Source of the DNA: Mustelus asterias
Lineage: Eukaryota
Length of the DNA: 64,000 nucleotides
Reading direction: 5' to 3'
Assembly (NCBI RefSeq): GCF_964213995.1
Contig: NW_027590121.1
Location: forward strand, 744,001-808,000
The position numbers and the translations under genes were made by a program. The notes below the pieces were generated by a model that saw nothing but the letters and a program-made list of their open reading frames with translations, had not been told where the DNA came from and did no database searches. Shown piece after piece: positions 44,350 through 56,122 of the stretch (positions within the stretch are counted from its first letter, which is position 1; every line of letters begins with the position of its first letter).

Positions 44350-45672
44350 GTCATCGAGGTTTATAGCATGGAAACAGGCCTTCAGCCCAACTTGTCCATG
44401 CTGCCCCTTTTTTTAACCCCGAAACTAGTCCCAATTGCCCGCATTTGGCCCATATCCCTCTATACCCATCATACCCGTGTAACTATCTAAATGCTTTTCA
44501 AAAGAAAAAATTGTACCCGCCTCTACTACTACCTCTGGCAGTTTGCTCAAGACACTCTCCACCCTCTGTATGAAAATATTGCCCCTCTGGACCCTTTGTA
44601 TCTCTCCCTTCTCACCTGAAATCTATGCCCTCTAGTTTTAGACTCCCCTACCTTTGCAAAAGGATATTGACTATCTAGCTGATCTATGGCCCTCATTATT
44701 TTATAGACCGCTATAAGATCACCCCTATGCCTCCTGCGCTCCAGAAAAAAAATTCCCAGTCTATCCAGTCTCTCCTTATAACCATCAAATCCCAGTAGCA
44801 TCCTCGTAAATCTTTTCTGCACTCTTTCTCGTTTAATAACAACCTTTCTATAATAGGGTGACCAGAACTGCACGCAGTATTCCAAGTGTGGCCTTACACA
44901 AGTCTTGTACAACTTCAACAAGACGTCCCAACTCCTGTATTTAATGTTCTGACCAATGAAACCAAGCATGCCGAATGCCTTCTTCACCACTCTACCTATG
45001 AACCTGTACCCCTAGATCTCTTTGTTCTGTAACTCTCCCCAATTGCCCTACCATTAACTGAGTAAGTCCTGTCCTGGTTCAATCTACCAAAATGCATCAC
45101 CTCGCATTTATCAAAATTAAACTCCATCTGCCATTCACCAGCCCACTGGATTCCCGATGCAATCCTAGGTAACCTTCTTCACTGTCCACTATGCCACCAA
45201 TCCTGGTGTCATCTGCAAACTTACTAACCATACTGCAAACTTACTAACCATGCCTACTAAATTCTCATCCACATCATGAATATAAATGACAAATAACAGT
45301 GGACCCAACACCGATCCCTGAGGCACACGGCTGGTCACAGGCCTCCAGTTTGAAAAACAACCATCTACAACCACCCTCTGTCTTCTGTCATCAAGCCAAT
45401 TTTGTACCTATTTGGCTACCTCACCCTGGATCCCGTGAGATTACCTTATGCAACAACTTACCATTTGATACCTTGTCAAAGGCCTTGCTAAAGTCCATGT
45501 AAAGAACATCAACTGCACTGCCCTCATCTACCTTCTTGGTTACCCATTCAAAAAACTCAATTGAATTTGTGAAACATTATTTTCCACTCACAAAGCCATG
45601 CTGAGTGTCCCTAATCAGTCCTTGCCTCTCTACATGCCTGTAGATCCTGTCTCTCAAAATACCTTCTAACAA
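44350..45672 (-). mobile_element. CR1 ORF2 3' fragment (degenerate)
   Basis: [25 protein letters not shown] motifs. Confidence 0.85.
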
Positions 45673-46013
45673 CTTGTTGGAACTGTTGTTTACTCTTATG
45701 GGAGAATCTCGGGGTCACTGTTTAAACAAGTGTTGCCCATAGAGACAGAGATTAGATATTTTTCTCTCAGTGGGTCGTGAATCTTTGGATCTCCATTCCT
45801 CTAAGGTGGGAGTAGAGATTGATTTCAATTAGATATATATCTCTTGGGGCTAAAGGGATATTATGGGGGGATGGGTGGGACAAGAGTATTGAATTTGAGG
45901 ATCAGCCATGACCATAATGAATGGCAGGGCTGAATGGTCTCCTTCCGCTTCTATTTTCTATGCATGTTTCTATGTAAACATGAGGAGCTTGGGGCTGAAG
46001 GGTAACCAAAAGG

Positions 46014-47280
46014 CCATAAGACATAGGAGCAGAATTAGGCCACTCGGCCCATCGAGTCTGCTTCACCATTCAGTCATGGGCTGATATTTTTCTCATCCCC
46101 ATTCTCCTACCTTTTCCCCATAACTCCTGATCCACTTATTAATCAAGAACCTATCTATCTCTGTCTTAAAGATACTCAATGACCTGGCCTCCACAGCCTT
46201 CTGCAGCAAAGAGTTCCACAGATTCACCACTCTCTGGTGGGCCAGTGGGCTGACAAATGGCAGATGGAGTTTGATTTAGACAAATGCGAGGTGATGCATT
46301 TTGGTAGATTGAACCAGGGCAGGACTTACTCAGTTAATGGTAGGGCATTGGGGAGAGTTACAGAACAAAGAGATCTAGGGGTACAGGTTCATAGCTCCTT
46401 GAAAGTGGAGTCACAGGTGGACAGAGTGGTGAAGAAGGCATTCGGCATGCTTGGTTTCATCGGTCAGAACATTGAATACAGGAGTTGGGATCTCTTGTTG
46501 AAGTTGTACAAGACATTGGTAAGGCCACACTTGGAATACTGTGTGCAGTTCTTGTCACCCTATTATAGAAATGATATTATTAAACTAGAAAGAGTGCAGA
46601 AAAGACTTACTAGGTTGCTACCGGGACTTGATGGATTGAGTTATAAGGAGAGGCTGAACAGACTGGGACTTTTTTCTCTGGAGCGTAGGAGGCTGAGGGG
46701 TGATCTTATAGAGGTCTATAAAATAATGAGGGGCATAGACAAGGTAGATAGTCAATATCTTTTCCCAAAGGTAGGAGAGTCTAAAACTAGAGGGCATAGG
46801 TTAAAGGTGAGAGGGGAGAGATACAAAAGTGTCCAGAGGGGCAATTTTTTCACACAGAAGGTGGTGACTGTCTGGAACAAGCTGCCAGAGGTAGTAGTAG
46901 AGGCGGACACAATTGTATCTTTTAAAAAGCATTTAGATAGTTACATGGGTATGATGGGAATAGAGGGATATGGGCCAAATGCGGGCAATTGCGATTAGCT
47001 TAGGGGTTTTAAAAAAAAAGGGTTTTTTAAAAAAAGGGCGGCATAGACAAGTTGGGCCGAAGGGCCTGTTTCCATGCTGTAAACCTCAATGACTCTGGCT
47101 GAAGAAATTCCTCCTCATCTCTGTTTGAAAGGATCGTCCCTTTAGTCTGAGGTTGTGCCTCTGGTTCTAGTTTTTCCTACGAGTGGAAACATCCTCTCCA
47201 TGTCCACTCTGTCCAGGCCTCGCCGTATCCTGTAAGATTCAATAAGTTCCTCTTCAACCTTCGAAACTCCAACGAGTACA
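46014..47280. mobile_element. Plus-strand CR1 3' fragment (46236-47095) nested in a minus-strand CR1 3' fragment
   Basis: ORF 46237-46998 is a CR1 RT C-terminus. The host sequence ...CACTCTCTGG / CTCTGGCTGAAGAAATTCC resumes after it. Confidence 0.8.
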
Positions 47281-47479
47281 AAAGCCGTGTAACCGCTTCA
47301 GGTAACTACACAGGGATTCAACCTCTCATACTGAATATGTACATGACCCATAAACTTCTCTCGGCTGCAAACGTGAGGTGCAGCCTGGGAGTGGGTGAAG
47401 CTGTTTGAAAATCTATTGTTCATTGTTGGTATGCAAAAGGCCACGATGGGTGCATTAGGACCCGGTGGGAGCAGAAACA

Positions 47480-47950
47480 CAAAGACCCGCCCACGCACGG
47501 TTGCGTCACCAAGACACCAGGGCATGCGCTCTGCTCCCCGCTGAATCAAGATGGCGGCCGTTAACCTGAGCTTTGTCTCGGGAAAAAGACCTGAAGCTGC
47601 AAATCCGGGACCTACGGGCTCATATTCGATATTTGAGGCCTTCAAAAGATATTTAGAAACCCTCTACGTCCATCCGCCGGTTCCATTGCCCCCTCTATGT
47701 TTCTGCATCCTTACCGGCTGCTGATGAGACAGAGGAACTTCTCTCCAGTTGCTGTCACGGCGAACGTCGTTGCTTACTGCCCATGCGCACCTCCTCCCTG
47801 CAGTGGATAGGGAACTCTTCCTATTGGTCCGGAGCTGCCGTCAATCAGTCCCCGGGCAATGTGATGTGGAGCATGCGCAGTGTCATTGCTGTCCTTGGCG
47901 CTTGTTTGTCCCGGAGAAGCGGAGTCAGCGTTAGGCGGTGGCTGGGAGGA
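47480..47950. promoter_or_regulatory. CpG-island promoter, second type (copy 2)
   Basis: CAAGATGGCGGCCG, GCATGCGC, and the CTATTGGTCCG..TCAATCAG..CGGGCAATGTGA block shared with 37525-37950. Confidence 0.55.
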
Positions 47951-48007
47951 TTTGGAAACACTTTGTGGATCCGCAAACCCTTCAGAATCATTGTCAGCTC
48001 CCTGGTT

Positions 48008-48330
48008 TCACAGTGGTTAGCACTGCTGCTTCACAGCTCCAGGGACCTGGGTTCGATTCCCGGATTGGGTCACTGTCTGTGTGGAGTTTGCACATTCTCC
48101 TCGTGTCTGCGTGGGTTTCCTCCGGGTGCTCCGGTTTCCTCCCACAGTCCAAAGATGTGCGGGTTAGGTTGATTGGCCAGGTTAAAAATTGCCCCTTAGA
48201 GTCCTGAGATGTGTAGGTTAGAGGGATTAGTGGGTAAATATGTGGGGGTAGGGCCTGGGTGGGATTGTGGTCGGTGCAGACTCGATGGGCCGAATGGCCT
48301 CCTTCTGCACTGTAGGGTTTCTATGATTTC
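48008..48330 (+). mobile_element. V-SINE (HE1-like) with CR1-type tail
   Basis: B-box, V-domain core and tail GATGGGCCGAATGGCCTCCTTCTGCACTGTAGG. Confidence 0.8.
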
Positions 48331-48621
48331 ATTTGATTTCTGCGGGGCTTTTCCCTCCCGGGAACAGGCCCAGGTTAACGGCCCCATCCTGGCTCAGCCA
48401 CTGGAGGATGGTTCACATCAGAGGATGGGGGAGGGGGACAATAAATAAGAGGTTACACTTTGGCCTCAAATCAATGAGGACTCTGATCTCTGGGAAGGAA
48501 GGAAACCCTGGGAGGTGGGCGGGGAGGATTCACAAACACCCTCTGGAGGCCCCAACACCTCCAATAAGACCCATTGGTATTATTGTCAGTCTGCAGACAG
48601 GAGCTGGAGACCTGAACCCAG

Positions 48622-48856
48622 TAAGGAGTCTAACAAAACCAGGTTAAAGTCCAACAGGTTTATTTGGTAGCAAATACCATTAGCTTTCGGAGGGCTCTGT
48701 GCCCTGTTTGAGAGCAGATTTCCACTCCATCTGACGAAGGAGCAGCACTCCAAAAGCTAGTGGCATTTGCTACCAAATAAACCTGTTGTACTTTAACCTG
48801 GTGGTGTTAGACTCCTTACTGGGTTTACCCCAGTCCAATGCCGGCATTTCCACATC
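48622..48856. mobile_element. Fold-back Penelope derivative
   Basis: Inverted arms; AGA(C/A)CTGAACCCAG is duplicated at 48608-48621 and 48857-48870. Confidence 0.8.
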
Positions 48857-49039
48857 AGAACTGAACCCAGACAGAGGAAAGGGAGGGAGAAAACTGGGAG
48901 TGGAGGAAAAGAATGGTGGAGATGGTGAGATAGATTTGGACTTCAGCCCAGGGAGGAGGGAGAGTGTGTGGGACGAGGAGATGCAGATTTGGGGGAACAA
49001 GCGGAAAAAATGTTCCAGAGAAACTAGAATTGTTTGTTC

Positions 49040-52000
49040 ATAAGAACATAAGAAATAGGAGCAGGAGTAGGCCATCTAGCCCCACGCTCCTGCCCCGCCA
49101 TTCAATAAGATCATGGCTGATCTGAAGTGGATCAGTTCCACTTACCCGCCTGATCCCCATAACCCCTAATTCCCTTACCGATCAGGAATCCATCTATCCG
49201 TGATTTAAACATATTCAACGAGGTAACCTCCACCACTTCAGTGGGAAGAGAATTCCAGAGATTCGCCACCCTCTGAGAGAAGATGAGGGTATAGTTGGGT
49301 GGATTAGCAAATTTGCTGATGACACCAAAGTCGGTGGTGTGGTAGACAGTGAGGAAGGGTGTCGTAGTCTGCAGGAAGACTTAGACAGGTTGCAAAGTTG
49401 GGCCGAGAGGTGGCGGATGGAGTTTAATGCGGAGAAGTGTGAGGTAATTCACTTTGGTAGGAATAACAGTTGTGTTGAGTATAGGGCTAACGGGAGGACT
49501 TTGAATAGTGTGGAGGAGCAGAGGGATCTAGGTGTATGTGTGCATAGATCCCTGAAAGTTGGGAATCAAGTAGATAAGGTTGTTAAGAAGGCATATGGTG
49601 TCTTGGCGTTTATTGGTAGGGGGATTGAATTTAGGAGTCGTAGCGTTATGTTGCAACTGTACACAACTCTGGTGCGGCCGCACTTGGAGTACTGTGTGCA
49701 GTTCTGGTCCCCACATTACAGGAAGGATGTGGAGGCTTTGGAGAGGGTGCAGAGGAGGTTTACCAGGATGTTGCCTGGTATGGAGGGGAGATCCTATGAG
49801 GAGAGGCTGAGGGATTTGGGATTGTTTTCGCTGGAAAGGCGGCGGCTAAGAGGGGATCTTATTGAAACATATAAGATGATTAGAGGTTTAGATAGGGTGG
49901 ATAGTGATAGCCTTTTTCCTCTGATGGAGAAATCCAGCACGAGGGGGCATGGCTTTAAATTGAGGGGGGGTAGTTATAGAACCGATGTCAGGGGTAGGTT
50001 CTTTACCCAGAGGGTGGTGAGGGATTGGAATGCCCTGCCAGCATCAGTAGTAAATGCGCCTAGTTTGGGGGCGTTTAAGAGATCCGTAGATAGGTTCATG
50101 GACGAAAAGAAATTGGTTTAGGTTGGAGGGTCACAGTTTTTTTTTTAACTGGTCGGTGCAACATCGTGGGCCGAAGGGCCTGTTCTGCGCTGTAATGTTC
50201 TATGTTCTATGTTCTATGTTCCTCAACTCTGTCCTAAGCTGACCCCCCTTTATTTTGAGGCTGTGCCCTCCAGTTCTAGCTTCCTTTCTAAGTGGAAAGA
50301 ATCTCTCCACCTCTCCCCTATCCAGCCCCTTCATTATCTTATAGGTCTCTATAAGATCCCCCCTCAGCCTTCTAAATTCCAACGAGTACAAACCCAATCT
50401 GTTCAGTCTCTCCTCATAATCAACACCCCTCATCTCTGGTATCAACCTGGTGAACCTTCTCTGCACTCCCTCCAAGGCCAATATAGCCTTCCGCAAATAA
50501 GGGGACCAATACTGCACACAGTATTCCAGCTGCGGCCTCACCAATGCCCTGCACAGATGCAGCAAGACATCTCTGCTTTTATATCCTATCCCCCTTGCGA
50601 TATAGGCCAACATCCCATTTGCCTTCTTGATCACCTGTTGCACCTGCAGACTGGGTTGTTGCGTCTCATGCACAAGGACCCCCAGGTCCCTTTGCACAGC
50701 AGCATGTTGTAATTTTTTTCCATTTAGATAATAATCCAATTTGCTATTATTTCCTCCAAAGAGAATAACCTCACATCTGCCAGATCCTCGTCCACTCACT
50801 CAGCCTGTCCAAATCTCTCTGCAGCCCTTCTCCGCCCTCCACACGATTCACTTTTCCACTTAACTTTGTGTCGTCTGCAAACTTTGTTACCCTACACTCA
50901 GTCCCCTCCTCCAGATCGTCTATATAAATGGTAAATAGTTGAGGCCCCAGTACCGATCCCTGCGGCACGCCACTAGTTACCGTCTGCCAACCAGAAAAGC
51001 ACCCATTTATTCCGACTCTCTGCTTCCTGTCTGATAGCCAATCTCCAATCCACGCTAACACCCTACCCCCCACTCCGTGTGACCCAATCTTCTTCAGCAA
51101 CCTTTTGTGAGGCACCTTATCAAACACCTTTTGGAAATCCAAAAACACCGCATCCACCGGTTCCCCTCCGTCAACCGCACTAGTCACATCTTCATAAAAA
51201 TCCAACAAGTTCGTCAAGCACGACTTTCCCCTCATGAATCCATGCTGCGTCTGCTTAATTGAACCATTCTTATCCAGATGGCCTGCTATTTCCTCTTTAA
51301 TGATGGATTCCAGCATTTTCCCAACTACAGACGTTAAGCTAACCGGCCTGTAGTTACCCGCCTTTTGTCTATTTCCTTTTTTAAACAGCGGCGTAACATT
51401 AGCCGTTTTCCAATCCGCCGGCACTACCCCAGAATCCAACGAAATTTGATAAATAACCCCTAACGCATCCACTATTACCTCTGACATTTCTTTCAGTACC
51501 CTGGGATGCATTCCATCCGGGCCCGGGGACTTGTCCACCTTCAGTCCTGTTAGTCTACCAAGCACTGCCTCCCTGGTAACATTAATTTTATTGAGTACCT
51601 CTCCTCCTACCAACCCTCTATCGTTAATATTCGGTAAACTATTTGTGTCTTCCACCGTTAAGACCGACACAAAAAACTTATTTAAAGTTTCAGCCATTTC
51701 CTCATTTCCCACTATTAAATCCCCCCTCTCATCCTCCAAGCGTCTAACATTCACTCTTGCCACTCTATTCCTTTTTATATATTTGTAAAAGCTTTTACTA
51801 TCATTTTTTATATTTAGAGCTAGCCTAGCTCCATAACCTATCTTTCCTTTCTTTATCACTTTCTTAGTCGTTCTTTGTTGTTTCTGAAAGTTTTCCCAAT
51901 CTTCCAATTCTCCACTATTTTTGGCCACTCTGTACGCATCGGTCTTTAATTTAATACTCTCCTTAATTTCCTTCGTTATCCACGGCTGGTTATCCCTTTT

Positions 52001-52410
52001 TTTACAGCCCTTTTTTATCACCGGAATATATTGTTGCTGAGTACTGAAAAGGATCTCCTTAAAAATCCTCCACTGTTCCTCAGCTGTCCTACCTACCAGT
52101 CTGCTCTCCCAGTCCACCTTAGCCAATTCAGCCCTCATCCTATCGTACTTCCCTCTGTTCAAACAGAGGACAGTGGTGTGGGACCCTACTTTCTCCTCTT
52201 CCATTTATATCAGAAATTCGACCATATTGTGATCACTTGACCCAAGAGGATCCTTCACAAGAACATCCTTAGTTCTACCTACCTCGTTACACATTACCAG
52301 ATCTAAGATAACTCGTTCCCTCGTCGGTTCTGTAACATACTGTTCAAGGTAACTATCCCGACAGCATTCGAAGAACTCTTCCTCCATCCCACCCCTTCCA
52401 ACTTGAGTCA
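49040..52410 (-). mobile_element. CR1 ORF2 (5'-truncated, frameshifted) with a plus-strand CR1 nested at 49285-50220
   Basis: ORFs 52205-52471, 50771-52204 and 50200-50799 (QGSVLGP, FADD). 3' tail (CATAAGAA)n at 49040. The nested copy has ORF 49339-50121 and a (TTCTATG)n tail. Confidence 0.88.
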
Positions 52411-52905
52411 AATAAAATGAGACATGCTGCAGAAGCTTTTTCACTTTACATGACAGATACAAGAATAGCAAATTTCAAAGGGAACAACAATTTATTCTGT
52501 ATGAAAAGAAGTTGCTGATGGGTTGGGAAGTTGACTTTGGCTGAGTCATTGCAATGTGGAATGCTCCAGAGAACGGTTTGTTCCTCCGTGCTTTTGTTTA
52601 ATTGGAAAATTGAAAGGAGGGAGATGGCAAATAACTCACACCAATTGCTGGGAATTGTCGAAAGAATGAACCGCACATGAAGCTCGTTCTCAGAAAATAA
52701 CTGGATGGAACAGCACAAAGTGGATTGAAGAACTTCCACTGGTTCTCATGAGTATCTGGAGTAGGTCCCTATTAGCCCCATCGAACCACATGAGTGTGGA
52801 GACCAAGTGAGGGTAAGAAATTGTGCAAAGGGAGATGTGTTTGGACCCCTGTATAAGGGACCATACACTACAGTGGATAAGGTCAGTTGTATTGAATATG
52901 CAAAC

Positions 52906-53190
52906 GGGCGGCATGGTGGGGCACAGTGGTTAGCATTGCTGCTTCACAGCGCCAGGGACCCGGGTTCAATTCCTGGCTTGGGTACTATATGCGGAGTTTG
53001 CACTTTCACCGCGTGTCTGCGTGGGTTTCCTCCGGGTGCTCCAGTTTCCTCCCACAGTCCGAAAGACGTGCTGGTTAGTTGAATTGGCCATACTAAATTC
53101 TCCCCCAGTGTACCTGAACAGGCACGGATTTTCACAGGAACTTCATTGCAGTGTTAATATAAGCCTATTTGTGGCACAAATAAAATAATA
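52906..53190 (+). mobile_element. V-SINE (HE1-like)
   Basis: tRNA head, V core, AATAAA tail. Confidence 0.75.
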
Positions 53191-54571
53191 AACGTTTTTG
53201 CTAAAAAGTCAAATGGTTTTCTCATAACTCGGTGAAGCTCAGAGTCCCAGATAACGGAAGAAGCTGAGAAGGATCAGGACTGTTACGTACACGGTGAAGA
53301 ATATGCTGCGGACCTGGGACAATGATGAAAAAGAAGTGAAAAGTGCACCTGTACCATGGCTATTGTATCAGGAGGACGTTAAGATGGAAGCTCAATCCCC
53401 CTCAGCATCTTCATCTGGATGTTATCCAAAACCACATTAGGAAGGGGAATGATATCCAAAATGTCAGACAGGTAACGGAGTATAATGAATGATGCTGCAA
53501 CAGCTTTTAACACCAGGGTTGTTAATACCATTAACTTAGCCACTCTTAAGGTCGGAACTTAACCACACATTTACAACATATGGTCAGGCCCTAAAGTCTC
53601 ACGTACAAATGATCAATCAAATTATTAAAGAAAGTAAAATTGTATTAAGTGAATCTACTGAATGTATAATGTATGGATCTTGGTTGGTGGAACAAGCCAG
53701 AGAGATGATATAGTATATTGCTAAAGGAAGATGCACTGCAGCAATTCACCAAGGCTCCTGAGGCAGCACCTTCCAAAGCCACAACCACTTCCATCTAAAA
53801 GGACAAGGACAGAAGATAAAAGCAAAATACTGCCGATGCAGGAATGTGAAACAAAAACAGAATATGGTGGAAAATCTCAGCAGGTCGGACAGCACCTGGG
53901 GGGAGTGAATAGACCCAATGCTTTGAGTCCAGATGACCCTTCATCGGAAGGGCAGAAAATACATGGGAATACCACCACCTGCAAGTTCCCTCCAAGCCAT
54001 TCACCATCCTAAATTGGAAATGTATCACCGTTCCTTCACAGTCACCGGGTCATAATCCTGGAATTCCCTCCCTAACGGCATTGTGGGTGAACCCACAGCA
54101 CATGGACTGCAGGGTTTCAAGAAGGCAGCTCACCGCCACCTTCTCAAGGGCAGCTGGGGATGGGCGATAAATGCTGGCCAGCCAGCGCTGCCCATGTCCA
54201 TGAATCAATTAAAGAAAATGGTTCCCTTGTAGTTAACAGACCAACACCTAAAGGCTATGCCCACTTATCCATATAATATGATTATGTGTCAGGTTAGAGA
54301 GCTGGTACAGGTACAGTCAGTGATACATCAGTGTGAATGGTTCAATAGGAGGAATACTACTCCATTCAATCCAGAGACACTTTCTGATTTTGCTCATTTC
54401 TTTGTCATTCTTGTTGAGCCAGTGTGACGGCCTGAGCAATTCAAACCCGATGAGCTGAGTGGGTGTTCACTGCATCACAGATCTGATCTTGTCCCAAAGC
54501 CTTTCCACACTGTCTTCACTGGAGTCTGTGAGAGTGAGGTGGGAAGAAAGCTACACCTGCAATTGGTCTGA

Positions 54572-55160
54572 ATCATAGAATCCCTACAGTGCAGAAGGAG
54601 GCCATTTGACCCATCGAGTGTGTACCGACCACAATCCCACCCAGGCCCTATTCCTGTAACGCCACATATTTACCCTGCTAATCCCCCTGACACTAAGGGG
54701 CAATTTAGCACAGCCAATCAACCTAGCCCACACATCTTTGGACTGTGGGAGGAAACCAGGGCACCTGGAGGAAACCCACGCAGACACGGGGAGAATGTGC
54801 AAACTCCACACAGACAGTGACCCGAGGCCAGAATTGAACCTGGGCCCCCTGTGTGTGGAGTTTGCACATTCTCCTCGTGTCTGCGTGGGTTTCCTCCGGG
54901 TGTTCCGGTTTCCTCCCACAGTCCAAAAATGTGCGGGTTAGGTTGATTGGCCATGCTAAAATTGCCCCTTAGTGTCCTGAGATGCGTAGGTTAGAGGGAT
55001 TAGCGGGTAAATATGTAGGGATAAGGGGGTAGGGGTGGGGTGGGATTGTGGTTGGTGCAGACTCGATGGGCCAAATGGCCTCTTTCTGTACTGTAGGGCT
55101 TCTATGATTTCCCTGGTGCTGTGAGGCAGTGGTGCTGAACACTGTGCCACTGTGCCGCCC
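54572..55160. mobile_element. Minus-strand V-SINE with an oppositely oriented truncated V-SINE (54849-55110) inside
   Basis: The head of the minus copy resumes at 55111-55160; the two bodies form an inverted repeat. Confidence 0.75.
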
Positions 55161-55699
55161 GTTCTCTTACCCCTCTATCCTGGAGAATGTGAATGTGAAA
55201 TCTTCTCCTGAGTAGCACAGGAGTGAAGGGGACTTTTAAAGAAAACACTTCAAAACACTCGCAAGCTCTGTTTGAAATGCAGCGACCTTACCAGCGACTC
55301 ATATATCCAATATTGAAATAAGAAACAGGGTTTTGAATTTTGTGTGTGTAAATCCTTCCCTTCTAACCCAGATAAAATTAATTTACAAAATCCATCCCAG
55401 TCAATCCAGGATAGGAATTCACAACATTCTCTCCTGTTGACAGGGAGCACCGTGCACATGCACTGCTCTGCATTAAACAATGAAAGGTGTGTTGGGTTTG
55501 CATGGACAGAATATCCTGCAGATGCTTCAAATCTGAAATAAAAATAGTCAAAGCCCCAAATAGTCAACAGGCCCGGCAGCTTCTGTGGAGACAGAAACAG
55601 AGTGAAACATACAGTCAAACACCCACATGAATCCGGAGCAGCAGTGGCCCCTCTGCTCCAGCATTTGATAAGATCCTGGCTGATCTGATTGCGACCACA

Positions 55700-56122
55700 A
55701 CTCCACTTTCCTGTCTACCTCCATCCTTTCCTTACCTTTTCTCCCCCTTTTATTTCCCTTCCCCCCTTTTCCCATTTTACCTCTCTTCTTCCCATTCCCT
55801 CTACCCCTCCCCCCACATCTTCATCTGTCACAGCTGATTTCAGCTTCTCTGCCGTTGGCCATTCACACCCTTTATTCTCTCGATGGACTGCAATTAGCAG
55901 CTCTTTACCCGAGTTTCTGTGGCTGTGACTCATTTTTCATTCCCTCACCCTGCAGTATAAATATCTCCCACTTTCTATGCCTTTTAGCTTTGACAAAGGG
56001 TCATCTGGAGTCGAAACGTCCACTCTTTTCTCACTTTATAGATGCTGCCAGATCTGCTGAGATTTTCCAGCATTTTCTCTTTTGGTTTCAGATTCCAGCA
56101 TCCGCAGTAATTTGCTTTTATC
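55700..56122 (+). mobile_element. Second Penelope-type terminal repeat family (degenerate hammerhead, GAAACGTC type)
   Basis: AGCTTTGACAAAGGGTCATCTGGAGTCGAAACGTC followed by GATGCTGCCAGA.CTGCTGAG..TTCCAGCA. Related pieces at ~5725-5830, 37128-37220, 53815-53950, 56585-56790 and 57330-57500. Confidence 0.5.
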
